From: an uncultured Rhodospirillaceae bacterium
GTDB taxonomy: Bacteria; Pseudomonadota; Alphaproteobacteria; MPNO01; UBA2964
Reading direction: 5' to 3'
DNA length: 38,391 bases
NCBI GenBank assembly: GCA_964492555.1
Contig: CAZBKQ010000003.1
Coordinates: 74,658 to 113,048 of the forward strand
The notes below the pieces were generated by a model that made no database searches, had not been told where the DNA came from, and worked only from the letters and a program-made list of their open reading frames with translations. The position numbers were made by a program, and so were the translations under genes. This document shows positions 37,967 to 38,391 of the stretch, in pieces; the first letter of the stretch is position 1, and each line of letters begins with the position of its first letter.

Positions 37967-38391
37967 ATGATTTCGCCCGTCAGCCCGGCCAACCGCTCCT
38001 TTATGGAGATGGCGCTGGAAGAAGCATCGGAAGCCGCCCTGCGCGAGGAAGTGCCCGTCGGCGCGCTCATCGTTGATCCGGCGGCCGGGGAAATTCTCGC
38101 CGCGGCCGGAAACCGGACGGAGGAGCTCAAGGACGCGACGGCGCATGCCGAGATGCTGGTGCTGCGCGAGGCATCGGCGAAATATGGCGGACAAAGGCTG
38201 CTCGGTTGCGATCTCTATGTGACGCTTGAGCCCTGTCCGATGTGCGCGGCGGCGATTTCATTCGCGCGAATCAGACGGCTTTATTTCGGGGCGTCAGATC
38301 CCAAGGGCGGCGGGGTTGAGGCGGGCCCCCGGATATTCGATCAGCCCACCTGCCATCACCGCCCGGAAGTCTATGGCGGGATTGATGAAAT
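37967..38391 (+). CDS. tadA: tRNA adenosine(34) deaminase, 3' end runs off the window
   Basis: Not in the ORF track. Manual translation: ...FMEMALEEA...EVPVGAL...GN...DATAHAE...LYVTLEPCPMCAAAISFARI.RLYFGASDPKGG (HAE and PCxxC zinc motifs). Confidence 0.92.
   Translation, partial: MISPVSPANRSFMEMALEEASEAALREEVPVGALIVDPAAGEILAAAGNRTEELKDATAHAEMLVLREASAKYGGQRLLGCDLYVTLEPCPMCAAAISFARIRRLYFGASDPKGGGVEAGPRIFDQPTCHHRPEVYGGIDE

Noticed and set aside
37231-38130. 299-aa minus-strand ORF
   Set aside because: Antisense to the AMDase-like gene and tadA, both of which have clear family motifs.
1-38391. Mobile elements, prophage, CRISPR, tRNA/rRNA, defence systems
   Set aside because: I saw no transposase, integrase, repeat-spacer array or structural RNA signature, and the intergenic gaps are short. 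A small ncRNA could still be missed without a covariance-model search.

Overview
GC-rich alphaproteobacterial chromosome segment (gene content and order resemble Rhodospirillales-type genomes; this is inferred, not searched). It is almost entirely core and housekeeping genes. In order: an RND efflux permease (truncated at the left edge, absent from the ORF track) with its adaptor; HDAC-family deacetylase, xseB-ispA-dxs-tlyA-RlmD-like methyltransferase; aroC and fabI; a 17-kDa-antigen-like lipoprotein divergent from pdxH; USP, FixR-like SDR, esterase and MFS transporter; pssA, psd and a DUF62 SAM hydrolase; a GGDEF cyclase with a small upstream partner; ribF-ileS-lspA, a DUF3035-like lipoprotein and an M16 peptidase pair; TauE; pgi-mutL; AhpD-like, rsmD, RluB-like and PuuD-like genes; an orphan Bug/TctC binding protein; an AMDase/maleate-isomerase-like protein; and tadA (truncated at the right edge, absent from the ORF track). 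I saw no mobile element, CRISPR array, tRNA/rRNA or defence system. The best leads are modest: a racemase-fold protein lacking the catalytic cysteines, divergent from the Bug protein and sharing an identical RBS 10-mer with it; a glutamine amidotransferase coupled to rRNA-modification genes; several apparently leaderless operons; candidate CtrA and CcrM/GcrA sites; a structured leader on the lipoprotein gene; and a C-x20-C loop in the RND porter domain. All family assignments come from motifs read by eye.
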